A DNA stretch of 64,000 nucleotides. Origin: Saccostrea echinata (Eukaryota). The notes under the pieces are model-generated. The model worked only from the letters and a program-made list of their open reading frames with translations, ran no database searches and was not told the origin of the DNA. Of this stretch, positions 51,982 to 64,000 are shown one piece after another; the first letter of the stretch is position 1, and each line of letters begins with the position of its first letter. The position numbers and the translations under genes are program-made. The stretch covers positions 67,456,001-67,520,000 of the forward strand of contig NW_026889803.1 in assembly GCF_033153115.1 (NCBI RefSeq). The letters run 5' to 3'.

Positions 51982-54900
51982 TTATCCTATAATGATCATG
52001 CCCTCTGGTATACTCTTTGTTGTTGTGGTTATTGGTGTACTTTGACCTTGCTCAGTGAAAACTACCTCCGATTCCTCTGTCGTGGGTTTATTAGGATTTT
52101 CATCAGAAGATGTATTTTTGTTTAGGAACAAAGTTATTCCATTTGTTTTCTCGGCCATGGGGGATTTTGACCTTAGTAAAGAGAGAAGTGTAGACTTGGT
52201 TGATGTTGAAGATCGTGATGTCATTACTGTTGGCGATACATGGTTTGTTATTGACTTTGTATAACTTGTAGACAGTGTTGTCGATGATGATGTTGGTTCA
52301 GTTGTAACAGTTGTTTTTGCCCTTGGTTTTGTTGTTGATTGTGTTGTTAATTTTGTTGTCGCTACTGTCGATGCTTTTGGAGTTGGTGTTGTTTCTGGTG
52401 TTTTTGTTGAATGTGGTATATCTTAAATAAAAAAAATAAGGAAATTGTATAGTTATGCAATAAGAGTGATACCATACCATGGCATAACGTTTTATGAAAG
52501 TTTTCGTTTAAACATCTTCCGAACTAATACCGCACCAAATTGACAAATGTACGGATAGAAGAAGGCTATTCCACTGTGACAGGGGTAGTCGTGCCACATA
52601 TAATGATCGGAGATCTTGAGTAGTCCACAGTCTTCTGTCCCTCCCCCCGAGATCAGCAGAAATCCAGTCTGGTGCGGTCCCTGATGAGGACTCCAATTAT
52701 CATACGTCATTGTCTTGTCACCTTCAATGTATATTGTATTAAATTTAGTTATTGTATGACACATTTTTTTAGAATTACATTTAATCATTATGTCCAGTTG
52801 AAACACATACAATGCAATTATTTTTATTTTTATTTTTTTTTTTTTTTTGTTTTTTTTTAATATAAAATTTCATAAGCTTCTGTAGCCATTTGTATGAAAT
52901 TTGTTAAAGAAATGACAATCTACAATTGTATTGTAGACAATCTACATTTGTATTGTAGTATTGCTAGTATTTAAGGTTCACGCACATGTGAAGAAAAAAA
53001 AATTCGTAATATAAAAGAAAAATCGTAATGTTGTTAACAATTTAAAAAAATAATATTTCAAAAGATTATACAATTTCCCATATGTTTAAGAACAGATGTT
53101 TAAGGACAGATGATAAAACCAATCTTTTATCAAATATCTTGAAAATAACAAATTAAATCATGTTTACATAATTAAATGAATAAGTTTAACCACATAGTTT
53201 TTAATTTTCATTCAAAGTTTCACAATAATGGAATTTAAAGTGACAAAAATTGTTTAGATTAATAAGGATGGTTGCAGAGAGGTAGAATTTTGAACATCAT
53301 AAAAAGTTTACAATTTCTTAATATTTTAGATTTTTTTTTTCACATTATTTACAATCAAAATACATTTTTTTGTTCGTATCATCTGTACTTAAGGAAGAAA
53401 GTTATTAGGTATCTACATGTATGGTCGTTATATGACCTTGTTTGCAACACATCTTATCGGTAGGTATTTAGCCTGACATGGTTTCATACAATTGTCATGC
53501 TATTGTTTTTATACCATATTGACTACGTATACTTCGAATACCTGATAAGTAATGAATAAAGAGGACTCACGGCAGGTATGAGGGGTCTACAGGGAATGCT
53601 TACTCCTCCTAGGCACCTGATCCCACCCATACTGTTTCCAGGGGTACATTTTCAGCCATGTTCAGGATTCGTATTCTTTTTTAAATTTACCTGATTGATC
53701 ACTGTTCGTTATACATGCATCAGTGCTGTACTTAAATATGAAAATATAATTTCTATTATAAATATTGCAATTGCAATAAGGAAAGAGGCGTACAAATATT
53801 ATCCTTTGTTCCCAAATATTTCAATAGAGTCGAAAAAATACCCTGTTACAGGCGTCTTGTTACAATTCAAAGGTTTTTAAGATAGTAATTACATGTAAGT
53901 GTATATCATTTCATTCAAATCAAGCAAAGACTCCCTTCTTATAAAAAAATCACTTTCTTGACTTCGTTTTATTGCAAAGCTGAAAAATATTCTGAAAAAA
54001 AATCCTTTGATTTTATGGATTCAGAATACAATTTTAAAGAAATGTTAAGGGTTTAATATTTACCATAATAACCTGCAACAAGTTTTTTGGGAGACAGCTG
54101 GGTTTTATTTTTTTTAATATTGTTAATATTTCAATTGTTAATTTTATTGTAAACATTAATAAGTAAGCTATAATTGTGATATATGGCTTTAGAATTTGAG
54201 GTAAAAAGGACGTTGGAGAAGGAGAAAGCGGATATTTTAAACCATTATTGTTGACATAAGGGTCCACTACACACCTTAAGATTAGAAATGACTCGTGCTA
54301 GTACAGAAGAAGCATTAATGAATTAAATTACAACAAGAAATCAACTAAAACAAAATTGTTAATCTAGAAAATAATTTTTAAAATCCTTAGTATCAAAGTT
54401 CCTTTTGTAGAAATATTCTTCTTGTTACCTTGGTCTCACAAAACACTGCAAGAACGCCCACATACGCCATCATCTTATCTTACTCATTATTGAAAACTGA
54501 TGCCTACAGATATCAATGAGCAAAACTAAAAATTGGACATTGTTTATCATCTTTTATGAACACAATGAGATAGGTTTAAGGCAAACGCATAAATTAGTCT
54601 ACAAAAGTAACTATATGCACTTCCATAACAGTTTTTGTCGACGATATCGCGATGATTGGATTGATTAGCATAANNNNNNNNNNNNNNNNNNNNNNNNNNN
54701 NNNNNNNNNNNNNNNNNNNNNNNNNNNNNNNNNNNNNNNNNNNNNNNNNNNNNNNNNNNNNNNNNNNNNNNNNNNNNNNNNNNNNNNNNNNNNNNNNNNN
54801 NNNNNNNNNNNNNNNNNNNNNNNNNNNNNNTGCTACACAGAAGTCTGCTCTTCTTTATTTAAGAAATGCTAAAATTGTGAAATTTTTCATCGGTCACACC

Positions 54901-55854
54901 CCATTTTTAACGATATGATGTCGAGCTCAGTTTTACTGCATACTTTACCGTTGACAAACCTCTAATTCCAGCAGACTCTCCTTAAAAAACGTCAATGTTA
55001 AAACTGGAAGTAAAAGTATTTTTTTATTGATCATTTAAATATCATAACTGACCTGACACCCACTCCCACCGACCCTCGTGATGTTGATCGGAAGCCCCAA
55101 TCCAGAACCCCTCCTTGATGTGGTGATGGACCTGTCTGATCTTCTCTATAATGGAACCCTGCATGTCTGCATTGCGGATCTGCACCAGGTCTCCGCCATG
55201 GCGCTGACATCGCTCTCGCGCATGCGGCCAGTCATGTTTGTCAAGTGAGATCTGCAGGCACGAGGAGCCATGTATCCAGACATACTGTGGGTCTAGAGCA
55301 ATGTCCCGGGGACATAAAGTTCTAATATCATCTGGTACAGACAAAGCTAACCAAAAAAGTAATATTATTGCTTTAAATAAGACATTTTATTCTATACAGA
55401 TCGTCAGTCTATACAATGTTCACCCAGGAAGCTACTAGTATTTAATCATTGAAAATTATAACGATTTCATACCTCAACTCTACAGGTTAAAGATTAAATA
55501 CTTTGATAAAGTTGGTACTTCATTATTGCAAGTTTTATTCCGTTAAGCTTATAAAATCATGCTTTTGTATTAAATATTCCAGATTAATATTTGGCTCTTA
55601 AAATCTATAAGGATCAGTTGGTACTTAAAATAAATTTTCTCAAAATTCTTTGACAATCCATTAAAACAAAGGAAGTGTATTATCAATATCATTTAATATT
55701 AGAAAAAAAGTCCAATATGAATACATTCCACGTAACAAAAATTTTCAATACCCTTTTTAAGTTAAAGTGAAGAAAAACGATTGAAAATAGATTTATTACC
55801 TGGTGAAATTAAAATAAAGCTATATATCACAATATGAAATCGTGAAGGGCCCAT
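51982..55854 (-). CDS. C-type lectin 1 with Thr/Ser-rich mucin-like tail, 324 aa. Exons 55800-55854, 55053-55346, 52536-52721, 51982-52421
   Basis: Signal MGPSRFHIVIYSFILISPA. CTLD with FWIGA, EDCGLL, WHD. 146-aa T/S/P-rich last exon ending GMIIIG*. Intron 2 contains an N gap. Confidence 0.85.
53465..53715 (+). mobile_element. Penelope-like 3' fragment
   Basis: atgcttactcctcctaggcacctgatcccacc motif. Confidence 0.7.
54674..54830. other. Assembly gap
   Basis: Run of N. Confidence 1.
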
Positions 55855-55894
55855 CTTTATCGTCTCCAAGAGGATAACTGACCCGGTAACCCCG

Positions 55895-55902
55895 TGACGT
55901 CA
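55895..55902. promoter_or_regulatory. Perfect CRE/ATF palindrome TGACGTCA ~40 nt upstream of the lectin-1 ATG
   Basis: Sequence match only; function untested. Confidence 0.3.
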
Positions 55903-56401
55903 TGTGGTGTGATGGTCCGATGTAAGTTTATCAATAGTATCACCACACAGCACAATCTTAATACTTTATGTAAACAATGATTCTAATGATAAGAAATGGC
56001 ACACACAGACTACCATTTTATTAAGCAAACTTATTATTTGAAATATGTACAATATTTTTTCATTAAACAACGATCATTTAACTATAAAGAGATTATCACA
56101 TTACAAGGGTTATACCTAATCTCGATCTTTAAGTAGCAATTTGCTTTGGTGAGATTCACAACATATGACACAAAACGAAATGTATTTACAACTCCAGAAA
56201 GTAGTTCCGGTGTGAATTCATTCTGCATATTGTTTGCAAGCATTAAGTAGAAAGCATTTGATATCTGTGCAATAAAGGACGACACAAAGATAACATAAAC
56301 ATTACAATTATACAGGTGTCGACATTACTTCAAGAATATACGTCTTTCCATCACAAAAAACGTTTTCTCTTTGTCCCTCTCTTCTTATAAAAAAAAACCC
56401 C

Positions 56402-59400
56402 TTAAGATTGGGTCTGTAAAAAAACAATAAGAGGATGATCTTTTACATGATCTTCAAAAACTTTCCGTTGTGTTCTTTCTTGATAGAAGATTGAAGTTAA
56501 TTCTTTGTCTGCATCTACAGTAAATTCCGATTTTTGGCCTTCCGGTCGGACCAGTTGTAGTATGGCATCTAGGTGGCAGTGACGCATCATCATCTCCGGG
56601 TATAGACTATAACAGGCATGAAACGCAGAAATGTAAAGAAAGGTGTGCCAAAAGACTTTAATCTCGTTTGTTTCTTTATAATCACCGCTAAATCTAGATG
56701 TCCACATTTGTGTTATCTCTGAAGCATTCAGTGATTTTGTATATTTTTTAAGGTTTGTGCCTTCTTTCAGGATATTTTCTGAAATTGAAAAGTGGTCTGC
56801 GACATCAGATCTAAACTCCTTTTCATCATAGAATCCAATTAAAACAATATAAAGAATGCATTCAAAAAGATTTTTGTCTTTGCTTTCCAGTCCTTTGAAA
56901 TGTCCAATCATTGTCTGAAGGGGACCTTTGTTCTCATCTACCAAATCGACTGCCATAGTGTGATCCAAATCTAAAAGATCGATGATAAGGTGACCTCCAA
57001 TTACGTCGATGGACTTTATATCTTGTAAACATAGCGATTTACACCGGCATCTATCAGTAGTGCATTTCCGTGTCATTTTCTTTAAATGCATTTCCACTCG
57101 AGTGTCTTTATGCTTTGAATAGGAATCACGTAATATTTTCTGTCTTTCAGGGAAAGAAATTCCAATCCCCTCTAAATCCTTTTTATAGGATTCAAAATAA
57201 TCAGTGCGGAGCCCAATAACAAACTTTATATTTCTCTCCTTATCCTTAGCTGCCTCAATGATAGAACTAAAATTGTCCAAAACGAGATCTTTTTCACAAG
57301 GATTATCATTCCATAATCCAAACCATCCATCAATAAAATACACAGCGTTTGTAGAAAATGCAATCTTTTCTGAAATGTCCAAGTACTTCCGGTTTTCATC
57401 AGACATGTTATGCTTTTTAGCAAAATCAGATACTATTTTTTTCCCGACTGTAGAAACAGAATTCCCGAGCTTTCCAATAACATAAAGGATGTTTTCAGAA
57501 CGGAGAACGTTGGTCCCATTAACCATGTCTTCAACTTAAATAGAAAGATATAGATTATTCATCATGCTTTAAAGTAGTTATTCCTAATCACTAATTAATA
57601 TTCTGTGTTTTCGTTGCACGCACGAATTTAGAATTAATAATAATAATAATAATAAAAGAAAGAAAAAGAAACAAATCAAACAAACAACCAAATAAATATA
57701 TTTAATTATCCTTGGGAAGAAACTGACAAATCAATGTAATGCAGTTTGAAATTCTTTAAAAAGAAAACAAGATCTCAAAAATCTCTTTTTTCCTTTACTT
57801 GGCATCAGTGAAAATTTTTATTAAACCCATTCCACTCTTCTTTTTTGTTTGTTTGTTTGTTTTGTTTTCTGGTTGTTTTTGTTTTTGCAGAAATCAGTAT
57901 CACAATTCATGTCCACAATTGTTTCCATATATTTTTTTCATCATAACTAATACTATTGCCCAAGTTTTTTCTCTATACCTTTAAGCTTATTCAGCAGGTT
58001 TTTGTTTGTTTGTTTTGTTTGTATGTTGTTTAACGTCCCTCTCGAGAATTTTTCACTCATATGGAGACGCCACCACTTGCCGGTGGAGAGCTGCAAATTT
58101 TGTCCTATACTCGGCACTTACGGCCATTGAACAGTGAGGGATCTTTTTCGTGCCAGCACCTTCTGCGACACGGGACCTCGGTTTAAACGGTCTCATCCGA
58201 AGGACCGGTCTCCACATCCCACAGTTGGATTCGAACCCGCGACGTAAGGATCAACTCCTTACTTCGCGACTCTAGAGCAGACGCTCTAACCACTGTGCCA
58301 CGCGGGTGACTCAGCAGGTTTTACCCTGCGATTTAAATCCCGTTCTTTCAGAAATCAGACTGAGCGTAGCAAATAAGAAGAGCAGACGTGTGTAACACAG
58401 CTCACATTTCTACTATTTATATGTATCTTTAATATTTTTTGACCAGAGTCCACCTATTCTGGGTAAGTTTATTTCATTAATTATTATTAGTTATTTGGTT
58501 TGTTGCCAGTTTTATTCCTAAGATGGCCAAAGAACTTTGTTCTATATTTTCATTCGTAAGTTAGATTCAAAGTAGTGTTTGCTAATGTAATGTATATATA
58601 TTATATGTAAAAGTGTATGAGTATATGAATAATGTAGACATAGTGTTGTATGTACAAAGCATGGCGTATAGTATTCGTCTCAAAGAAAAGTAATTGTACA
58701 CGAGTTACTAAGTAAACGTGTGGATGTAAAAGTTCTGTAAAGTAAACCAAATGTAGTCAAGTGTATATTGAAGTACAGTGTATATTCTTGGTAAGGAAAA
58801 TGCACTAAAATGCAACTTAGTAAACGTACAGTAAAATGTGCGAGTGTGAACAAAGTATATTATGTCTGCATCTAGCTTTGATTTATATTATAGGTCCCAT
58901 GAAGTTCCATTCAAGTTCAGTCTGGTAGTGCCATTGTGCCATCACATGTGTGGACCATAGACCCCAGAACGCGTGTGTTTGTGAAAAAATGTAAATAAAG
59001 AACTCTATTTTGACAAAACTGACTTGTGTTATTGGAAGCTGCTAGCCACCCGGTGACAATCAATTTTTACTTGCAAGTTAATGCAAGAAAAACTCCTTAA
59101 AAGTTTCAAAGAAACTGACTGGGTAGTTCTTGAGAAAAACGAAATTTAAAGATTTCATATTCTCTCTATTTTCATGGCAACGTGGTTATTTGGAAAATTT
59201 TCAAATGTTGAATGTAGAAGAAGGCTTGGTGATTATAATTTCTGTGAAGTTTTACCAACATTGTCGAGGCCATCTGCGAGAAACGAAATAATAAATGGAA
59301 TAATAACCAAGATCACTTACTTTCAGCACTCACTGGTCCAAGATAGCACTTAAAGATTACTACAGCAATAACAATTAATATTATGACTCCGATTGTAATT

Positions 59401-61141
59401 CCAACTCCAAGGCCCAAGGCAGATGCCCCCTCGTCCTCACTATTTGTAAAAATAATTTTTTTTTCAAAAATACATGTATTATGACAAAATATCTCGCACA
59501 ACACAGCAGCAATAAATTTGAGCTTATATATTTTTAAAACCAATAGAGTTGCTTCATTTTGTTACATCTAATCTCTTACATATTATCTGAAAAACTTGTA
59601 CTGGTGATTTAAAGCAGTTTCCAGATACTATCCATGCGATTTCCATTTTAGTACGTTTAAATTATGTGTTCCTCAGAGATGATTTACGTAGGATGCATTT
59701 ATGACAATTAAGTTTATAGTTTATATCTTAAGATGAAATGCCAATTTTTAAAGAGATACATGTAGAACACATTAGTTAAATTTATCCATTCTCTCTTTCT
59801 CTCTCTCTCCAACCACATTGATTTTTTCCAAGTTTCTGATTATTTGAATAATTTGATATTGTTTAAAATAATGTTTTAAAAATATTTTGCTTTTTTATCT
59901 AATACAAATGATTTTGTTGTTTTATTAGATATGTAGTATTTTTGACTATTTTCTCTGTGTATTCATTCCTCTGAACTAATTAAGAAACATCAGAGTGATC
60001 TATTGGACCACTGGACAATAGTTTGCGACTTTTGGACCGGCGATCTGTTGACCGCCAGTCAAAAGTTTGCAAATTTTGGTCCTGCGATCTATTGGACCGG
60101 CAGTACCCATGCACACTATAATAATAGGCAATAAAACAGTTCTTTAATGTCTGATAAGTCAATAGACCAAATATATTTTTCCCTCGGTGCTGAGAACTTT
60201 GGCCTCGGGCAAGAGAACACACCGAGCTAATCCCAGCACCTTGGGGAAAAAAAATTCTGATCTTTTGACTGATGAGATATTAAATAACTATATAATCTGT
60301 GTTCAGTTTTTCATCTAACTCAAAACAAACAAGCCTACATATCACGAAACATTCTAAAACTACCATATAATATTCACATAGAGATAAATTTTACAGATAA
60401 AAAGGCCGTTTGGTATTATACATAATTTAATGTCTGATCAGTCAATAGACCAGAATATTAAATTTTACCAAGGTGCTGGGAACAATTCAATGTGTTCTAA
60501 TACCCGAGGCCAACGGCGAGAGCAATAGAACACATAGAGCTGATCTCAGAACCGAGGGGAAAATATTCTTGTCCATCGACTGACCAGATATTAAATAATT
60601 GTTTCATTGACTAATATTAAACTGAGTACATAGGCACCGCCGATCCAATAGATCGCCGGTACAAAATTTGCAAACTATTGACTGCTAATCAATAGAACGC
60701 GGGTCCAAAATTTACAAACTATCAATCGGCGGTCCTATAGATCACGCTGAATTTATTCAAGTAGTTCAAAGGAATTTATATACAGAGAAAATAGTCAAAA
60801 ATTCTACATATTTAATAAAACAACCAAACCAGTTTTATTAGGTAATAAATGATTATATTTAAAATTCGTAAAATATACATTTATCCACCAAACACCACAT
60901 CATCATTCCACTAATTGTTCCTTACTGATGCAAGAATTACCAAATTATATTCTTATATATTGTATAATGCGGAAGCTTACACAAAATTTGGAAAAAATAG
61001 ATACATGTATAACATTTGGAACATGTTGACAAAATACACCTGACTCGATGATTGATAGACCTACTTCAACAGCTGTTCAACTTTACCTAGATCCAGAGGC
61101 ATAGGTCATAGCATTGTCTGTGTCACCAAAACACACACGGT
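56402..61141 (-). CDS. Single-pass membrane protein with cytoplasmic nSTAND3-like (pseudo)NTPase, 5'-partial. Exons 61087-61141, 59321-59439, 56402-57534
   Basis: Phases 2 and 1 join …DRVCFGDTDNAMTYASGSS-EDEGASALGLGVGITIGVIILIVIAVVIFKCY…-IEDMVNGT. Motif order LYVIGKLGNSVS (Walker A position), VYFIDGWFG (Walker B), KFVIGLR (sensor), IGGHLII (GxP position), FWHTFL (winged helix). Confidence 0.75.
58003..58310 (-). mobile_element. Full-length tRNA-SINE with 12-bp TSD
   Basis: TSD tcagcaggtttt at 57991-58002 and 58311-58322. Confidence 0.9.
58391..59058 (+). mobile_element. Possible solo LTR
   Basis: TGTAAC…GTGACA ends and AATAAA ~60 nt before the end. No TSD found. Confidence 0.4.
59898..60843. 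repeat. Fold-back / long inverted repeat, ~400-bp arms with ~120-bp spacer
   Basis: For example ttttgactattttctctgt (59940) versus acagagaaaatagtcaaaa (60782). 60141-60296 mirrors 60415-60600. Confidence 0.8.
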
Positions 61142-62889
61142 CTACAATATTTAAAAAGTCTTTAATTTTAAACTAATAAAATGCTAGATTTGGATATTTG
61201 TGTGAAGTGAACTTCGATAAAAAAACAGCAACTAATCGTGTATTTACAACAGGACTTGAAAGGCTCTGTGAATTCTCTATAAAACGGAATAAACTTTTTG
61301 ATCGCCCAGCCTTCCCACAAGTGTTTATATTTTTAGAAACTTGCATTGGAATAATTCAACAGAATTTGACAAAAACAGTTGATTTTATTAGAGAGGATGA
61401 CAACCACCCCTTGAGATATGCACTGCAAAATGATGTAAGTTGACTTGCAGATTTTTATCCTTTACCTTGAAGAAAAGACGATCTCTCTAAATTATTTTTT
61501 ATGTTCAGGATTCTGCACACATATTGTGATGTCATTTTAGGAATCAATTAAAACATTGCTTAATGACAATCCTTTGTTCTTGCACTCTAAAATTTACCTT
61601 TGACCGTCCGATATTAGTGAGCATTCTGAAATTAAGTGTAATATCAAACTGTCTCGGTACTGATATCCTTCAAATTAAATTCAGTAAAACCGAATATACT
61701 GTAAATATTGTAACAGGAAAGGAGAAAGTGCGACCGAACACACCAAGATTCAAACAAGAGCCATCTGAATTTGTAATTCACTTTAAAGAATGGTTTTATT
61801 TAGAGTTAAAAGTTCGAAAATTCACTTATCTAGATCGAATACTTAAAATCAGAGAAGGTTTTTCGCAATAAGCAGAGTTGGCTGGTATGTTTTTCGTTCA
61901 ATCATACACAAGAGTTCTACTTCTGGTAACATTACAAAACTATCTATTACACTTGCAATCTTTTATAAAGTTATTCTCAATTTAAAAATTTCATTTTATT
62001 TTTTTTTCTGTGTTCAGTCAAATCAGGGCACACATCTGCATTTTTCTTTCCATTCCCAAAATATCATTCTATTCCATTGCTAACTCTAGGCATATTTAAG
62101 GGGAAAAAATTCTGCCCCACTTTCCATTCCAAACGATCATTGCCAAATTACTTCAAATACCTACATTAATGTTGCTGATAAAAGTATACTGAGTAGTTTT
62201 CATTCAAGTCTGCATTCTTGCAAGAATTGTTTCAATGGTCATTAACACTTTTGTCAATTGTTAAAACATCAAACTGTCCCAAGTAAATCAGCAAAGGAAG
62301 TTGAAAGGGTAATATTTGCCTCAAACAAATCTGTATGAAAAATATATATATATATATATATATCAGTTTTCGGCCCTAACGGGACTCAAACTGATTTTTT
62401 TTCATATAGAACTGCATTTGGCATATTTCCATTATATACCTCACAAAATTACTAAGCGATGTTAAAATACACAATTTTTCTGATAAATAAACTTCAGAAG
62501 GTTCGCATTTCGCCACATAATTATTTGAACTGTTCAAATCTCTCTCTCGCTATCAATGTTCACTTCACCGTAAATATCTGATGCGATTCTATGATTCACT
62601 CAAGGTTTACCCCCTCCCATTAAATAAACAGCAAGAAATTATAGTTTGTAAGTCAAAGAAAAAAATGCATCAATCAATATATTGATAATTTTTCAATAAG
62701 CATAAAATAAGTGTTTTTACATTTGTAAACTTTATCACTGGTGTAGGACGAGTTAGGACATCCTGTTCTATTGCACGGATCCCAATGTAAGTAACCGTAG
62801 TCTGTGAATATTGGACAAAAACCTGTAAATTAAACAAATCTCAAAACAGTCATTATTTATTAAAGAAAAAAATAATAACTGGCATGACA

Positions 62890-63145
62890 AACAAATACAG
62901 GCCCATGGGCCACATCGCTCACCTGTGCACATTGGCTAGGAAGAAGCAGAAATCAGTTCAGTATTGAACGGGGGGATGCTTCTATAATAATATGACTAAT
63001 GATCATGGCTTTGCTGTTCTTGGGCAAAAGATTTTTTTTCAAGATGGTTCCTATATATTCTTATGCAAAACTTTGACCCTCTGTTGTGCCCCCAACCCCT
63101 GGGGCTTAGCTGTTCTTGAGAAGAAGATTTCAAAGATATTTCCTA
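62890..63145. mobile_element. Truncated HINE (same family as 12615)
   Basis: aggcccatgggccacatcgctcacctg start and partial satellite units. Confidence 0.65.
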
Positions 63146-63502
63146 AGCAAGGTGTATGTTCAGGTTTTTACAGGATATATAGCTTTTTCTTTTACTCTGT
63201 TGATGACTGGAATGATTATTAAGACAGCTCTGTCTGATGGCATATCACACAGTACTTAAATTTTCTCTTATCTAGAGACGGGGACTGGGTAAGGTACTAC
63301 TTGCACTGTGTTTTTCCCCTAGGTTCACATTGATAGATAAGAACCAGGTGTCTCAATCTTCTTCAGATTTACTACACCCAGAACTTAACATCAATTCCCT
63401 AGGATACTTGCTACTGGTGTTTATAACTTTCATACTTTTATTTTGCTCTAACCGTTAAGGTTTCCATCCTCTATCCTTAAATGTCCATTACATACATGCA
63501 AT

Positions 63503-64000
63503 GTATGGCGATAACGAACAGAATTCAAGCCCAAAATGCCATTAAACAATACAAATTTTGGAGCAAAGCAAACACGGACCTCTAAAACATCAGAGGTGGG
63601 ATCAGGTGCCATGGAGGAGTGAGCATCCCCTGCCGACCGGTCACACCCGCCGCGTGCTCCTTGTCATGATCGAGAAATAATGGAAAAATCCGTCGACAAT
63701 TCAGTGTGTAAATAATGGCCTAACGATCAGTATGAAAAATGTCAGTCAGCTTTGACTTAATGATAAATTGCTTTGCTGACAAGGTCATTGTATCGACCAT
63801 AGAACTTACGAAATGACGACTTTAAACGAGACTGGTGATATTCTTGTTTCATCAACTTGTTTGTCAATAACTTACCTCGTTTTAGAAACTGTTCAAACGT
63901 AGAGCATGCTCTTGCGCATGCGTATCGAATCAAGTGATATAAACCCCGTATGCAGTTGCTGAAGGTATATTGCTGCATAAGTAAGGGAAGTTGACGATTG
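63503..64000 (-). mobile_element. Penelope-like 3' fragment running off the window end
   Basis: LIRYACARAC…FRKFYGRYNDLV; very similar to 44770-45270. Confidence 0.9.

Noticed and set aside
52681-52700. CTGATGA hammerhead-core matches (also ~60268)
   Set aside because: No stem II + GAAA or closing stem I; the first is antisense to lectin coding sequence.
44073-55854. One multi-CTLD mannose-receptor-like gene
   Set aside because: Each CTLD has its own signal-peptide exon and a stop-containing last exon.
61198-62340. Further upstream exons of the TM-STAND gene, or the + ORFs at 61198 and 61563
   Set aside because: The candidate minus-strand exons I tried hit stops, and the + ORFs show no motif. 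The ectodomain remains unresolved.

Overview
AT-rich, repeat-dense eukaryotic DNA. The repeat families and gene types point to a bivalve, most likely an oyster (inference). I rebuilt spliced gene models by hand from GT/AG sites and exon phases. Apparently intact genes: an 8-exon TMEM163-like cation transporter (+, 16261-21809), a single-coding-exon coiled-coil protein (-, 22914-23582), an IFI44-like P-loop GTPase with a C-terminal hydrophobic anchor (+, 25950-28610), three tandem C-type lectin genes with different tails (-, 44073-55854), and the 3' part of a single-pass membrane protein whose cytoplasmic domain is an nSTAND3-like NTPase with a degenerate Walker A (-, 56402-61141+). Decayed copies: three TRPV-like channel copies, two of them forming a ~5 kb inverted duplication, and a deleted second IFI44-like copy. 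Mobile DNA: a DIRS/Ngaro end with an SGNH ORF, a near-intact L2/CR1-group LINE, a Hero fragment, about a dozen Penelope-like fragments, tRNA-SINEs, satellite-bearing HINE/pearl elements (one triply nested), a Kolobok-like MITE and a fold-back. Most unusual observations: (1) a 33-bp minisatellite made of the IFI44-like gene's own splice acceptor, giving 11 in-frame alternative acceptors; (2) the TM plus pseudo-STAND receptor next to the lectin cluster. All family calls rest on motif recognition; no database searches were run.
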